From an uncultured Bacilli bacterium (lineage in GTDB: Bacteria; Bacillota_I; Bacilli_A; RF39; UBA660), in the NCBI GenBank assembly GCA_934176955.1, contig CAKPOS010000003.1, forward strand, positions 53,411 to 117,410: a DNA stretch of 64,000 nt. Reading direction: 5' to 3'. The translations under genes and the position numbers were made by a program. The stretch's first letter is position 1. The number at the start of each line of letters is the position of its first letter. Below are positions 16,011 through 29,072 of the stretch, one piece after another. The notes beneath the pieces are model-generated. The model did not search any database. It worked only from the letters and a program-made list of their open reading frames with translations, and had not been told where the DNA came from.

Positions 16011-16629
16011 ACATAAAAATCATCATGAAAAAGAAATGGTTGCTGCACCAGAAGAACAAGAAGTATTAAATGAAGAAAATACTAATCAAGAAGTACCTGT
16101 GAAAGAAAAAGAATGCAAGTGCAGTAAAGAAAAAGAAAAAACAATAGAATTACAAAAAGAACTAGAAGAGGGCAAAAAACAAATAGAAGTTTTGAATCAA
16201 AAAATTTCTTCTTTTCAAGAAGCACTTTTAAGAAATCAAGCAGAACTTCAAAATTATAAGAGAAGAAAAGAAGAAGAAAGTGAAAAAGTTTTAAAATATA
16301 AAAATGAAGACTTAATCAAGGAATTATTAACTGTTATAGATAACTTTGAAAGAGCAATCTCGATGGATGATAATGATTTGTCTGATGAAGTATCTAAATT
16401 CTTGGCAGGATTTAAATTAATTTATACTACAATGATAGGAATTTTAAATAAGTTTGAAGTAAAAGAAATTCAAGCCGAAGGAATAGAATTTGATCCTGAG
16501 TATCATCATGCTGTCCTAACAGACCATGATGAAAATAAACCAGCAGGTGTTGTTTTAGAAGTATTGCAAAAAGGTTATATTTATAAGGATAGAGTAATAA
16601 GACCTGCTATGGTAAAGGTAAACGAGTAA
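16003..16629 (+). CDS. grpE: nucleotide exchange factor GrpE
   Basis: A coiled-coil followed by the GrpE C-terminal region (VLQKGYIYKDRVIRPAMVKV). Confidence 0.9.
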   Translation: MSKHKNHHEKEMVAAPEEQEVLNEENTNQEVPVKEKECKCSKEKEKTIELQKELEEGKKQIEVLNQKISSFQEALLRNQAELQNYKRRKEEESEKVLKYKNEDLIKELLTVIDNFERAISMDDNDLSDEVSKFLAGFKLIYTTMIGILNKFEVKEIQAEGIEFDPEYHHAVLTDHDENKPAGVVLEVLQKGYIYKDRVIRPAMVKVNE

Positions 16630-16639
16630 GGAGATATAA

Positions 16640-16864
16640 ATGAATAAAGAAAAAATAAAGAATATCATTTATATTGTAGTAGCGATATTACTATCTTACT
16701 TTGCTATTCACTTTATGATTTGGGTATTACCATTTATTTTGGTTGCTTTACTTGCTTATTTCATTTATGAAAAATTAAAGACAAGTGATAAAAAAGTGAA
16801 TAGCAATAAAAAGAAGAAGAAAAAAATAGTCATTATTGACGAAGAAAGTCATGATAATAAATAA
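16640..16864 (+). CDS. small two-helix membrane protein with a poly-Lys tail
   Basis: Strong AAGGAG RBS. Hydrophobic helices are followed by NKKKKKKIVIIDEE. It is inserted between grpE and dnaK. Confidence 0.55.
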   Translation: MNKEKIKNIIYIVVAILLSYFAIHFMIWVLPFILVALLAYFIYEKLKTSDKKVNSNKKKKKKIVIIDEESHDNK

Positions 16865-16876
16865 AAGGAAAGGTGA

Positions 16877-18715
<1,839 letters not shown>

Positions 18716-18787
18716 TAAAGAAAACAAGTTCTAGGTAACTAGAACTTCTTCTTTATCAAAAAATAACAAAAGAAAGTAGGAATAAAG

Positions 18788-19921
18788 ATGGATAAAAAAG
18801 ATTATTATGAAGTCTTAGGTGTTTCTAAGGATGCAACTGATGCTGAGATTAAGTCTGCTTTTCGTAAATTAGCAAAAAAATATCATCCTGATGTTTCAAA
18901 AGAACCGGATGCTGCTGAAAAATTTAAAGAATGTCAAGAAGCTTATGCTGTATTATCTGATCCAAGTAAAAGAAAACAATATGATCAGTTTGGTCATGCT
19001 GCTTTCCAACAAGGAGCAGGAGGAGCTGGAGGATTTAGCAACTTTGACTTTGGAGACATGTCAGATATTTTTGAAGACTTGTTTGGTGGCATGGGTGGAT
19101 TTGGAGGATTCTCTGGATTCACACAATCAGGATCAAGAAGAAGTTCTAATGGTCCAAGAAAAGGCAATGATGTTTTGTATAGGATGACCATTGATTTTGA
19201 AGAAGCTGTTTATGGATGTAAGAAAGATTTAAAATTGGATATTGTAGATACTTGTCCAGAATGCGATGGAAAAGGTGGTTTTAATCCTAGTACTTGCTCA
19301 ACATGTAGAGGTTCAGGAACAGTAACTTCTGAACAAAGAACTATGTTTGGAAGTTTCTTAACCAAAACAACTTGTCCAGATTGTAAAGGCTCAGGAACAA
19401 GTTTTGAGAAAAAATGCTCAACATGTAGAGGAACAGGTACAGTAAAAAAGAACAAAACCATAACGATTACTATCCCAGAAGGAATTGATACCGATAATCG
19501 ACTTCGAGTAGCAGGAAAAGGAGAAGCTGGAGCAAACGGAGGAAAACCAGGAGATCTATATGTCGAGTTTACAGTAAGAGACCATGAATTTTACCAAAGA
19601 GATGAAGATGATATTTATATTGAACTTCCTCTAACGATTACAGAAGCCATTTTAGGATGCAAAAAAGAAGTTCCAACTCTTTATGGAAATGTTAACTTAT
19701 CTATCCCTTCAGGTACCCAATCTGGTGCAAAGTTGCGCCTAAAGGGAAAAGGGGTTACTAATGTTAGTACCAAAAGAAAAGGGGATATGTATGTTATTAC
19801 AAAAGTTATCATTCCAGAAAAATTAACAAGGGATCAAAAGAAATTAATTGAATCATTAAATAATACTTCATTAGATAATTCCCAAGAGTTTAAGAAATAT
19901 TATAAATTTTTAAATAAATAA
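18788..19921 (+). CDS. dnaJ: molecular chaperone DnaJ
   Basis: J-domain with HPD, a G/F region and four CxxCxG zinc motifs. Confidence 0.95.
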   Translation: MDKKDYYEVLGVSKDATDAEIKSAFRKLAKKYHPDVSKEPDAAEKFKECQEAYAVLSDPSKRKQYDQFGHAAFQQGAGGAGGFSNFDFGDMSDIFEDLFGGMGGFGGFSGFTQSGSRRSSNGPRKGNDVLYRMTIDFEEAVYGCKKDLKLDIVDTCPECDGKGGFNPSTCSTCRGSGTVTSEQRTMFGSFLTKTTCPDCKGSGTSFEKKCSTCRGTGTVKKNKTITITIPEGIDTDNRLRVAGKGEAGANGGKPGDLYVEFTVRDHEFYQRDEDDIYIELPLTITEAILGCKKEVPTLYGNVNLSIPSGTQSGAKLRLKGKGVTNVSTKRKGDMYVITKVIIPEKLTRDQKKLIESLNNTSLDNSQEFKKYYKFLNK

Positions 19922-19949
19922 AGTGTCAAATTGCTTTATTTATTTTTTT
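19916..19949 (+). terminator. terminator after dnaJ
   Basis: Stem aaataaag/ctttattt followed by a T-run. Confidence 0.6.
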
Positions 19950-20012
19950 CTTCTTTTTCGTTTTTAGAATTTATGATATACTTAAAAAGAATAAAAAGAA
20001 GAGGAGAGTAGT

Positions 20013-20324
20013 ATGGATATTGTTTTAATTTTATTAGTAATTGCTATTATTATAGTAGGATTATTTTTTAAAGATTTTAAAAGTGTAGTTTATTTTCTAG
20101 GAATTATCGATATTATTTTTAGATTATTCCATAAATTCATTGAATTAGTAAAAATACAAGGAATTACTGATTTTGTAAATGGTTATGTTCCTGCTTCTTT
20201 AGAAGCAATTATTAATTATTATTCTACAGGAATATTAAATACAGTATTAATTTGGGTATTATTTTTCCTTTATGTATATTTTTTAGTCTATCTAATAAAA
20301 TATTTTATCCAAAAGAAAAAATAA
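20013..20324 (+). CDS. small hypothetical membrane protein
   Basis: Three hydrophobic helices and a GAGGAG RBS. Confidence 0.5.
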   Translation: MDIVLILLVIAIIIVGLFFKDFKSVVYFLGIIDIIFRLFHKFIELVKIQGITDFVNGYVPASLEAIINYYSTGILNTVLIWVLFFLYVYFLVYLIKYFIQKKK

Positions 20325-20365
20325 TATCCTTTTCTTTAACCAAAGAAAAAAGAAAATGAAGTATT

Positions 20366-20575
20366 TTATAAAAATAAAGTCCAAAACCATAGGGATAGTA
20401 GGAGTAAATACTGAACTAGCAAAATTAATACATTATAAAAGCAAGGAATAAATAAAGTTAAAATTAATTGATAAACAGTAACAATAGGTAAAATAATAAT
20501 GCAGATAATGGCTACATAAAATTTAAAACCAATACAATTTCTAAAAAAACGATTTAAATTATTTCGCATCATCAA
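20366..20575 (-). CDS. small hypothetical membrane protein
   Basis: Hydrophobic ORF with an AGGTGA RBS on the minus strand. Confidence 0.35.
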   Translation of the reverse strand: MMMRNNLNRFFRNCIGFKFYVAIICIIILPIVTVYQLILTLFIPCFYNVLILLVQYLLLLSLWFWTLFL

Positions 20576-20707
20576 TCACCTAAAATAGTTTATGAAAAAA
20601 ACTTTACATCGTAACAAAAACTTTAAAAATATTTTTAATAATTGTTCTGCATTTCTTTTATTTTTAATCATTTTATTATATAATGAAATAAGTAAAGGTG
20701 ATGAAAA

Positions 20708-21556
20708 ATGAAAAAAAGAAAAAACGGAAAAAATAGACGCTTATTTTTAGTCATTTTAATTATTGTAATTGTATCAGCAGTATTATTTTATACTATTAAA
20801 AAAGATAGAAGTCTAAATACTTTTGAAGCATTTACTAAAGATATTGTTGTAGAAGTACAAAAGATATTTTATCAACCCATTCATGGCTTTTCTAAGATGA
20901 TAGAAGAATTCACTTCTTTAAAGGATGTTAAAAAAGAAAATCAAATTTTAAAATCAAATGTGGAGAAAATGGAAGCAACAGAGACGGAGAATATTGAATT
21001 AAAACAAGAAATAGAAAGATTAAAAGGGGAATTAAATATTGAACATGTTTTAACTGATTATGATTATTTAAATGCAACGGTAATTAGTAGAAATTCTTTT
21101 TATTGGTATAATATGCTAACAATTGATAAAGGAAGCCATAACGGAATAAAAGAAGGAATGGTAGTCATTAATTCAACAGGATTAATTGGAAAAATTACGA
21201 ATGTTTCGACTTTCTCTTCAGACGTAAAGTTAATTACGACTAATGATACCAATAATAAAATTTCGGTAACAGTAACGAATGGGGATACCAAATTAACGGG
21301 AATTATTAATGGCTATGATTATAAAAAAGGATTATTAACCGTAGAGGGAATTAGTAATACGGCAACGGTCAATAATGGAGATTATGTTTATACTTCAGGA
21401 TTAGGTGGAGTATTTCCTAGTGGAATTTTAATTGGAAGGGTTGAAGGAATTACAACAGATGATTATGATTTATCCAAGATTATTAATGTAAAACCATCAG
21501 CTAAATTTGATGATATTAACTTTGTTACGGTGTTAAAAAGGAATGATGCTTCATGA
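20708..21556 (+). CDS. mreC: rod shape-determining protein MreC
   Basis: N-terminal TM, a coiled-coil (ENQILKSNVEKME...) and the beta-rich MreC C-terminus. It is followed by mreD. Confidence 0.85.
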   Translation: MKKRKNGKNRRLFLVILIIVIVSAVLFYTIKKDRSLNTFEAFTKDIVVEVQKIFYQPIHGFSKMIEEFTSLKDVKKENQILKSNVEKMEATETENIELKQEIERLKGELNIEHVLTDYDYLNATVISRNSFYWYNMLTIDKGSHNGIKEGMVVINSTGLIGKITNVSTFSSDVKLITTNDTNNKISVTVTNGDTKLTGIINGYDYKKGLLTVEGISNTATVNNGDYVYTSGLGGVFPSGILIGRVEGITTDDYDLSKIINVKPSAKFDDINFVTVLKRNDAS

Positions 21557-22062
21557 TGATTGTTAGTATCATAACGTTGCTTTTTTCTTATCTTTTTCAA
21601 ACGATATCTTCTAATTATGCGGGGTATATTTATCATGATTTATCTTTATTTACAACAATATATATTTTAATTGCTTTATTTGTGATAAAGCCTTATTTTG
21701 AAAACGAAAAAAAATACTTAGCAATATTGGTGATTACAGGATTTTTGATGGGCATTACTTATACCAATGCTGTTTTTCTAAATGTTTGTCTATTTTTAGT
21801 AGCTTACTATTTTACAAAATTCTTTCATTTTTATTTTCCTTATAATTATGTAACCATAAATATTAGTAGTTTAATGGGGATTTTTATTTATCATATTACA
21901 AGTTTTTTCTTTCTTTATGCTGTAGGCTATGACCACTATAGTATTGGAATTTTATTGGAAATTTTACTTCATAGTATTCCGATGACTTTAATTTATACAA
22001 CGATTGTTTATTTTATTGTAGATACTTTGTTTCATCGATTGAATTTAAGAGAAATTAAATAG
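21553..22062 (+). CDS. mreD: rod shape-determining protein MreD
   Basis: A 169-aa polytopic membrane protein overlapping the mreC stop codon. Confidence 0.7.
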   Translation: MMIVSIITLLFSYLFQTISSNYAGYIYHDLSLFTTIYILIALFVIKPYFENEKKYLAILVITGFLMGITYTNAVFLNVCLFLVAYYFTKFFHFYFPYNYVTINISSLMGIFIYHITSFFFLYAVGYDHYSIGILLEILLHSIPMTLIYTTIVYFIVDTLFHRLNLREIK

Positions 22063-22121
22063 TTAGGAATTTACAATAAAATTGAGATTTGCTATAATAA
22101 AAAAGAAAGTTTAGGTGACTT

Positions 22122-22691
22122 ATGAATTTTACGAAGAAAAATACTTTAATTGTTTTAGTCGCGGGTAAGGCAAGAAGTGGTAAAGGTGAGGTTGCTTCTT
22201 ATATGGAAAAAATTTTAAAAAAAGAAGGAAAGAAAGTGATTTTATCTCCTTACACAAAATACTTAAAAAGATATATTGCCGAAGTAACAGGAGAAGACTT
22301 TGATGATGAAAATAAACCAAGAGATTTACTTCAAAAGATTAGTTCAGAGTTAATTAAAAAGAAGCTTTCTAATCCTAACTTTTTTATCCATAGACAACAA
22401 GAAGATTTATCTTTTTATCTTTATTTTATGGATGTTGTGATTATTCCTGATGTTCGATTTCCAGAAGAAATTAATGCAATTAAAGAGAAGTTTTCTAATG
22501 TCTTCTCTATTGGAGTAAAAAGAAAGGACTATATCAGTACTTTAACAAAAGAACAACAAGAAGATATTACAGAGATAGCACTAGATGATTATCACGATTA
22601 TGATATAGAATTAGAAAATACTTCTTTAGAAAAGTTACAATCTGATGTTGGAGACATGATCAAAAAATTAGAGAAAGAGGGAAGAATATGA
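22122..22691 (+). CDS. P-loop nucleotide (dNMP)-kinase-like protein
   Basis: Walker A-like motif VAGKARSGKG at the N-terminus. Confidence 0.4.
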   Translation: MNFTKKNTLIVLVAGKARSGKGEVASYMEKILKKEGKKVILSPYTKYLKRYIAEVTGEDFDDENKPRDLLQKISSELIKKKLSNPNFFIHRQQEDLSFYLYFMDVVIIPDVRFPEEINAIKEKFSNVFSIGVKRKDYISTLTKEQQEDITEIALDDYHDYDIELENTSLEKLQSDVGDMIKKLEKEGRI

Positions 22692-23230
22692 ATAAAATCG
22701 TAGCCATTGTAGGAATGTGTGGAAGTGGAAAAAGTATCGCTTCTGATATTTTAGAAAAAAAAGGATTTAAAAAAGTTTATTTTGGAGGAGTAACTTTAGA
22801 AAAATTGAAAGAAAAAGGTTTAGAAGTAACCCCTGAAAATGAAAAAATGATGCGTGAAAAATTAAGAGAGGATTTAGGAATGGGAGCATTTGCAAAAATA
22901 TTACTTCCCAAAATTAAAGAATTATCTATAGAAAACAATGTCGTTTTAGATGGATTATACTCTTGGGATGAATATAAAATATTAAATGAAGAATTAGGCA
23001 AAGACATGAAAACCATTGCTATTATTACCGATAAAAAAATTCGTTATAAACGCCTTACAGAAAGAGAAGTAAGACCACTCACAAAAAAAGAGGCTAAAGA
23101 AAGAGATTTAGCGGAGATTGAAAATATTGCTAAGGCGCCTCCTATTGCGTATGCGGATTATTTCATTTTAAATAATGGAACATTAGAAGAATATGAAAAA
23201 AGATTAGAAGAAATTATTAAACAGATATAA
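22688..23230 (+). CDS. P-loop kinase-like ATPase (adenylate/dephospho-CoA kinase-like fold)
   Basis: IVGMCGSGKS Walker A motif in a 180-aa protein. Confidence 0.45.
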   Translation: MNKIVAIVGMCGSGKSIASDILEKKGFKKVYFGGVTLEKLKEKGLEVTPENEKMMREKLREDLGMGAFAKILLPKIKELSIENNVVLDGLYSWDEYKILNEELGKDMKTIAIITDKKIRYKRLTEREVRPLTKKEAKERDLAEIENIAKAPPIAYADYFILNNGTLEEYEKRLEEIIKQI

Positions 23231-23243
23231 GGAAGTGTTAAAA

Positions 23244-25937
23244 ATGAAACAAATGACAGGTGAACAAATTATTAGAACATATATTGACTTTTTTGTAAGT
23301 CATGGACATCTAGAAGTAGAAAGTGCTTCTTTAATTCCTAAGGATGATCCTAGTGTTTTATGGATAAATGCAGGAGTAACTCCTTTAAAAAAATATTTTG
23401 ATGGTAGTATTGTTCCTAAAAATAGAAGATTAACGAGTTGTCAGAAATGTATTCGTACAAATGATATTGAAAATGTAGGGGTAACCGCAAGACATCATAC
23501 TTTCTTTCAAATGTTAGGAAACTTTTCTGTGGGAGACTATTTTAAGAAGGAAGCATTAAGATGGGCTTTTGAATTATTAACTGGTAAAGAATATTTTGCC
23601 TTTGATAAAAATAAACTTTATATGACAGTATATCCTCAAGATAAAGAAGCTTATGATTTATGGATTAGTCTTGGAGTAGATCCCACTCATATTATTCCTT
23701 TAGAAGGAAATTTCTGGGAAATAGGAGAAGGACCAAGTGGACCTGATAGTGAAATCTTTTATGATAGAGGAGAAAAGTTTGATCCTGAGAAAAAAGGAAT
23801 TCAATTATTAAAAGAAGATTTAGAAAATGATCGCTATATCGAAATATGGAATAATGTCTTTAGTCAATATAATGCTAAAAAGGGAGTTCCTCGTGATCAA
23901 TATGAAGAATTACCAAGTAAAAATATTGATACAGGTATGGGTGTTGAAAGAATGGCTTGTATTATGCAAGGAGCAGTAACCAATTATGAAACCGATCTTT
24001 TCTTGCCAATAATGGATAAAATAGCAAAAATTAGTGAAATTCCTTATCAAGGACAAAAAGAATTTAAAGTAATCGCTGACCATATCAGAACATTAACTTT
24101 TGCCCTATCTGATGGAGCTACTTTTGAAAACTATGGAAGAGGATATGTTTTAAGAAGATTATTAAGACGCTCTGTTATGATGAGTCGAAAACTTAATATT
24201 AATAAGACTTTTATGGCAGAATTAGTTGATATCGTAATGGAAAAATATGGAAATATTTATCCTGATTTGCTTCCTAATAAAGAAATCATTAAAGAACAAA
24301 TTACGAAAGAAGAAGATTTATTCCATAAAACATTAATTTCTGGAGAAAAAAGACTAGAGGAATTATGCAAAAATAATACTTCAAAAGAAATTTCTGGGGA
24401 AGATGCTTTTAAATTATATGATACTTATGGTTTTCCTGTAGAATTAACCATAGAATATGCAAATGAACTAGGACTTAGTGTAGATAAAGATGGATTCTAT
24501 AAATATATGGAAATGCAAAAAGTAATGGCAAGACAAAATCGTAAAGTAGTTAGTAGTATGAATCTTCAAAATGAACAATTAATGAACTATAAGAAAGAAA
24601 GTAAATTTGTTGGCTATGAAAAGTTAGGGAATAAAACCATTGTGATGGATATCATGAAAGATAATCAATTTGTAGATTCTATCACTGATGAAGGATATGT
24701 TTTCTTAGAAGAAAATCCCTTTTATGCAGAGTCTGGTGGACAAATTTACGATATTGGTTATTTAAAAAATGATGACTGTAAAGTAGAAGTAGATGAAGTC
24801 GTAAAAGCACCTAATAAACAGCATTTATTACATGTTAAAATTTTAGAAGGAACACTAAAAAAAGGAAGTACAGTATTAACTCATGTTATGCAAGAACGTC
24901 GTGAAGAAATTATGAAAAATCATAGTGCTACGCATTTGTTACAAAAAACACTTCAAGAATTTTTAGGAGACAACGTTCATCAAGCAGGAAGTAGAGTAGA
25001 TGAAAATACATTCCGATTTGATTTTACTTATCATGGAAGATTAAGTGATGATTTAATTATTAGAATTGAAAAAAGAGTAAACGAAAGAGTTGCTCAAAAT
25101 GTTGACACTGTTATTGAATATTTACCAATTGAAGAAGCCAAGAAAAAAGGGGCTATGGCTCTATTTGATGATAAGTATGGAGATATCGTTCGTGTAGTAA
25201 CGATTGGAGATTCAATAGAATTATGTGCAGGAACCCATGTGCCAAATACGAGTATGATTGGTAAAATTGCCATTATTTCAATTGAAAATAAAGGAGCAGA
25301 TACTTTTAGAATTGAAGGAACATCAAATAAAAAGATGAATGACCTTCTTCACCGTGTTGTTGATCCTTATCAAGCTGAAATCAAAAAATTACTTTCTAAA
25401 GCAAAAAATATTTTAGTAGAAGCCAAAGAACAAAATATTCATTTGGATTTTCAATTTGATTTTCAAGATAAAGAACTATCTAGCTATGAGGGAGTAGTAG
25501 AATACAAACATAAATTAGCAGAGTTAAAAGAACAAATTAAAGAATTGGAAAAGAAATATAAAAATCTAAAAATGCAAAGTACAGTAAGTGATATTACAGC
25601 ATTTACTACCAATATGGAAGTCATTAATGGAATTAAGACAAGTATTGTGATATTAGAAGATTATGACATTGATAGTATGAGAGGCTTAGCTGATGCCATT
25701 ATTAGTAAATATGAAAACTGTTTTGTTTTATTAGCTAATGTTAAAGATAATCATGTCAATATCATTTCTAAATCCAATAGTGATAAAATAAATTGTGGTG
25801 TCTTTGTCAAAGAACTTTCTGTAAAATGCAAAGGAAATGGTGGAGGAAGTCCTAAATTTGCCCAAGGTGGTGGTAGTGAAGCCTTACATTTAGCAGAATA
25901 TTTAAATGAATTGAAAGAACAAATTAAGAATAATTAG
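23244..25937 (+). CDS. alaS: alanine--tRNA ligase
   Basis: Class II core (FFQMLGNFSVGDYFK), editing-domain HSATHLL and C-terminal DHHA1 GGG. ATG 23244 is preferred over the track start 23235. Confidence 0.95.
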   Translation: MKQMTGEQIIRTYIDFFVSHGHLEVESASLIPKDDPSVLWINAGVTPLKKYFDGSIVPKNRRLTSCQKCIRTNDIENVGVTARHHTFFQMLGNFSVGDYFKKEALRWAFELLTGKEYFAFDKNKLYMTVYPQDKEAYDLWISLGVDPTHIIPLEGNFWEIGEGPSGPDSEIFYDRGEKFDPEKKGIQLLKEDLENDRYIEIWNNVFSQYNAKKGVPRDQYEELPSKNIDTGMGVERMACIMQGAVTNYETDLFLPIMDKIAKISEIPYQGQKEFKVIADHIRTLTFALSDGATFENYGRGYVLRRLLRRSVMMSRKLNINKTFMAELVDIVMEKYGNIYPDLLPNKEIIKEQITKEEDLFHKTLISGEKRLEELCKNNTSKEISGEDAFKLYDTYGFPVELTIEYANELGLSVDKDGFYKYMEMQKVMARQNRKVVSSMNLQNEQLMNYKKESKFVGYEKLGNKTIVMDIMKDNQFVDSITDEGYVFLEENPFYAESGGQIYDIGYLKNDDCKVEVDEVVKAPNKQHLLHVKILEGTLKKGSTVLTHVMQERREEIMKNHSATHLLQKTLQEFLGDNVHQAGSRVDENTFRFDFTYHGRLSDDLIIRIEKRVNERVAQNVDTVIEYLPIEEAKKKGAMALFDDKYGDIVRVVTIGDSIELCAGTHVPNTSMIGKIAIISIENKGADTFRIEGTSNKKMNDLLHRVVDPYQAEIKKLLSKAKNILVEAKEQNIHLDFQFDFQDKELSSYEGVVEYKHKLAELKEQIKELEKKYKNLKMQSTVSDITAFTTNMEVINGIKTSIVILEDYDIDSMRGLADAIISKYENCFVLLANVKDNHVNIISKSNSDKINCGVFVKELSVKCKGNGGGSPKFAQGGGSEALHLAEYLNELKEQIKNN

Positions 25938-26008
25938 TGTCAACTAAGGCTAAAAATACTTAACAAGAAATTAATTTTATAGTATACTAATATTCAAGTA
26001 GGTGGAAC

Positions 26009-26467
26009 ATGAAAAAAATTTGTTGTCTTATTTTAATACTATTTCTCTTTACAGGATGTGAAAATCAAGAAGAACAAGAAAAAAATGATTATATTGCTTA
26101 TAAAAACAATTTATTAAGTACAAAAGAATACTCCAAAGATCTTCCCTTAGATATCATTATTGATATAAAGAGGGAAGATGAACAAACTGTTGATTATACT
26201 GTAAAGTTAGCTAATCCAAAAGAGAATATGCACAAAGTAAGAGCAATGGTTGTTAATAATTATAGCAATGAGGCAGTATTTCCAACAATAGGTTTATTTG
26301 ATGAAAAAGAAGAATTGTTGGTAGAAAATAAAGATTTCAATGAAGTAGAATTAGAAGGGACAATCGAGTCTACTAAGAATATTAGTTCTTTAAAATTAAA
26401 GTTAAAAGTATGGATAGAGTATCAGAGTGATACTGGAGAAAAAAAAGAAGTTTATTATCAGATGTAA
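26009..26467 (+). CDS. putative lipoprotein
   Basis: Signal peptide MKKICCLILILFLFTGC with a lipobox-like FTGC. Confidence 0.6.
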   Translation: MKKICCLILILFLFTGCENQEEQEKNDYIAYKNNLLSTKEYSKDLPLDIIIDIKREDEQTVDYTVKLANPKENMHKVRAMVVNNYSNEAVFPTIGLFDEKEELLVENKDFNEVELEGTIESTKNISSLKLKLKVWIEYQSDTGEKKEVYYQM

Positions 26468-26552
26468 GTTGGTTACTTAAGTAATCAGCTTTTTTCCTAT
26501 TTTTCGACAAAAAAATAATCACACTTTTGAGATAATTTTTTTGGTGATGAAG

Positions 26553-26735
26553 ATGAAAGTAAAAATTTTTGATGAATCTCATGAGAAAGATTTAGAAGAA
26601 GATATTAATGAATTTTTAAAAGAAAAGGATAGGGAAATTGTTAGTATTCAGTTTAATGTATCGAATGCAATTTATGGAGAAGAACAAATTTATTGTTTTT
26701 CTGCCCTTATTTTATATCAAGAGAAAAAAATATAG
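26553..26735 (+). CDS. Cse60-family sporulation protein (putative)
   Basis: MKVKIFDESHEKDLEEDINEFL...EEQIYCFSALILY matches my recollection of the Cse60/YteV pattern. Confidence 0.55.
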   Translation: MKVKIFDESHEKDLEEDINEFLKEKDREIVSIQFNVSNAIYGEEQIYCFSALILYQEKKI

Positions 26736-26760
26736 AGCCCTTTAAAACTCTATATTTTTG
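26730..26760. terminator. bidirectional terminator between Cse60-like gene and clpB
   Basis: Stem atatagag/ctctatat, flanked by an A-run and a T-run. Confidence 0.6.
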
Positions 26761-28866
26761 TTATTTTAGAAGAAATTTACCTTCACAAGCATCAATCGTA
26801 ATGGTGCTATTATATTTAATTTTATCTTGTAAAATAGCATTCGCAATTAAAGATTCGATATTTCTTTGGACAAATCTTTTAATTGGTCTTGCTCCAAAAT
26901 TTTCATCGTAAGCACTATCGATAATTAAATTTTTAGCTTCCTCAGTAAGAGAAATTTTTATTCTCTTATCATGAAGTCTAACCTCAATTTCATGAATAAT
27001 TTTATCTAGAATATGAGTAACAACTTCTTTAGATAAAGAATGGAAAATAATAATTTCATCAATACGATTAATAAATTCAGGTTTAAATGTTTGACGAAGA
27101 TCATTCATTACCAACTCATTAGCATTTTCCTTTTTCTCTAAGATATATTCACTTCCTAAATTAGAAGTCATAATAATAATGGTATTCTTAAAATCAACAG
27201 TTCTTCCTTGACCATCTGTAATTCGACCATCATCTAGGATTTGAAGTAAAATATTAAAGACATCTTTGTGCGCTTTTTCAATTTCATCAAATAAGACAAT
27301 AGAGTAAGGATTTCTTCGAACAGCCTCAGTTAACTGACCACCATCATCGTAGCCAACATATCCTGGAGGAGAGCCAATTAATCTAGCAACAGAATGGGGT
27401 TCCATATATTCACTCATATCGATTCTGACCATGTGTCTTTCATCATCGAATAATTCGTAAGCTAAAGTTCTAGCCACTTCTGTTTTTCCAACGCCAGTAG
27501 GACCTAAGAAAATGAAAGAACCAATCGGGCGGTTAGGATCTTTAATTCCTGCTCTAGCTCGAATGATTGCTTCACTGACTAAATGAATAGCTTCTTTTTG
27601 ACCAATAACACGCTCATTCATATTTTTTTCAAGATTTAATAATTTATCTCGTTCACTACCAACAAGTTTCTGAACGGGAATCATTGTCCATTTAGAGATA
27701 ATAGCAGCAATATCTTCTTCATCAACAGTATCAGACAAAATATCATTCTTATTTTGTTTGTTTAATTCTTGAAGTTCACTTTCCAATTTAGGAATTACTC
27801 CATGACGCAATCTAGCAGCAGATTCTAAATCATAATTTGCCTCAGCTATCTCCAAACGATAGTTTGCTTTTTCAATTTCTTCTTTTTTCTTACTAATGGC
27901 AGTGTTTATCTTTTTTTCTTCTTCCCAAGCACGACTAATTTCCTGTTCTTTTTCGTGTAAAATACTTAAATTTTTTTCAATTTCTAATTTTCTTGCTTTT
28001 GAAATATCATCTTTTTCTTTTTTTAAGGCTTCTTTTTCAATTTGTAAGCGCATAATTTTTCTTGTTAAAGCATCCAGTTCGGTAGGAACAGATTCCATTT
28101 GTACTTTAATCGTAGCACAAGCTTCATCAACTAAATCAATCGCTTTGTCAGGTAAGAAACGACTAGTAATATAACGATCTGATAAAGTAGCAGCGGCAAC
28201 TAAGGCACGGTCTTTAATGTTTACGCCATGATAAACTTCAAATCTTGATTTTAATCCTCTTAGAATTGTAATAGTATCTAAGACAGTAGGTTCTTTGACT
28301 TGTACTTTTTGAAATCTTCTTTCTAAGGCTCCATCTTTTTCAATATATTTACGATATTCATTTAAAGTAGTAGCCCCAATGCAATGGATTTCTCCTCGAG
28401 CTAACATTGGTTTTAGCATATTTCCAGCGTCCATTGCACCTTCCATACCACCAGCACCAACAATCATATGAATTTCATCAATAAACATAATGATATCTCC
28501 GTGGCTATCTTTTACTTCTTTTAGAACAGCTTTTAGCCGTTCTTCAAATTCTCCACGATATTTTGCACCAGCAATTAAAGCCCCCATATCTAATTCCCAA
28601 ATGGTTTTATTTTTTAAACTATTTGGTACATCACCTTTAATAATACGACTGGCAAGGCCTTCTACAATAGCCGTTTTACCAACGCCAGCTTCACCAATTA
28701 AAACAGGGTTATTCTTTGTTTTACGAGATAAAATTCTAGTAATACTTCGAATTTCTTCATCACGACCAATAACAGGATCAATTTTTCCATCAACAACCAT
28801 TTTAGTAATATCTCGACCATATTTTTCAAGTGGTTTTACTTGTTCTTCTTGATAATTATTTTGCAT
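26761..28866 (-). CDS. clpB: ClpB-type AAA+ disaggregase lacking the N-terminal domain
   Basis: Two AAA modules (GEAGVGKTA and GPTGVGKTE) and a long middle coiled-coil. The sequence begins at the position equivalent to E. coli ClpB residue ~150. ATG 28866 is preferred. Confidence 0.9.
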   Translation of the reverse strand: MQNNYQEEQVKPLEKYGRDITKMVVDGKIDPVIGRDEEIRSITRILSRKTKNNPVLIGEAGVGKTAIVEGLASRIIKGDVPNSLKNKTIWELDMGALIAGAKYRGEFEERLKAVLKEVKDSHGDIIMFIDEIHMIVGAGGMEGAMDAGNMLKPMLARGEIHCIGATTLNEYRKYIEKDGALERRFQKVQVKEPTVLDTITILRGLKSRFEVYHGVNIKDRALVAAATLSDRYITSRFLPDKAIDLVDEACATIKVQMESVPTELDALTRKIMRLQIEKEALKKEKDDISKARKLEIEKNLSILHEKEQEISRAWEEEKKINTAISKKKEEIEKANYRLEIAEANYDLESAARLRHGVIPKLESELQELNKQNKNDILSDTVDEEDIAAIISKWTMIPVQKLVGSERDKLLNLEKNMNERVIGQKEAIHLVSEAIIRARAGIKDPNRPIGSFIFLGPTGVGKTEVARTLAYELFDDERHMVRIDMSEYMEPHSVARLIGSPPGYVGYDDGGQLTEAVRRNPYSIVLFDEIEKAHKDVFNILLQILDDGRITDGQGRTVDFKNTIIIMTSNLGSEYILEKKENANELVMNDLRQTFKPEFINRIDEIIIFHSLSKEVVTHILDKIIHEIEVRLHDKRIKISLTEEAKNLIIDSAYDENFGARPIKRFVQRNIESLIANAILQDKIKYNSTITIDACEGKFLLK

Positions 28867-28899
28867 ATATAACACATCCTTTCTTCATTATATGTACTT

Positions 28900-28940
28900 A
28901 TTATAGCACTTTTTTAGCAATTGTCAAGTTAGATTGCTAA
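28900..28940 (-). promoter_or_regulatory. clpB promoter with embedded CIRCE-like operator (28914-28940)
   Basis: TTAGCAATT-N9-GATTGCTAA. On the minus strand TTGACA (28922-28927) sits in the CIRCE spacer and TATAAT (28900-28905) follows after 16 nt. Confidence 0.65.
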
Positions 28941-28966
28941 TAGTTCCTTAAAAGTTAAAAAATACC

Positions 28967-28995
28967 TTGACAATCAGTTTTTAAAGTGTTAAAAT
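28967..28995 (+). promoter_or_regulatory. sigma-A-type promoter candidate for the sortase gene
   Basis: TTGACA, 17-nt spacer, TAAAAT. Confidence 0.5.
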
Positions 28996-29072
28996 AGTTA
29001 ACCAAATCAAGGGAAATACAAAAAGAAAACAAAGGGTGAAATGAATTTTTAAGTAGTTTCCCAATTAATATT

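Noticed and set aside
18891-19461. Track ORFs overlapping dnaJ (18891-19187 +, 18994-19191 -, 19210-19461 -), and 17949-18546 (-) overlapping dnaK
   Set aside because: These are shadow ORFs of highly conserved chaperone genes.
26693-26911. + strand 72-aa ORF and 26382-26582 (-) ORF around the Cse60-like gene and the clpB 3' end
   Set aside because: They overlap better-supported genes and the bidirectional terminator, and they have no RBS.
27896-28852. Two + strand ORFs antisense to clpB
   Set aside because: These are low-complexity Ser/Phe-rich translations antisense to a conserved AAA+ gene.
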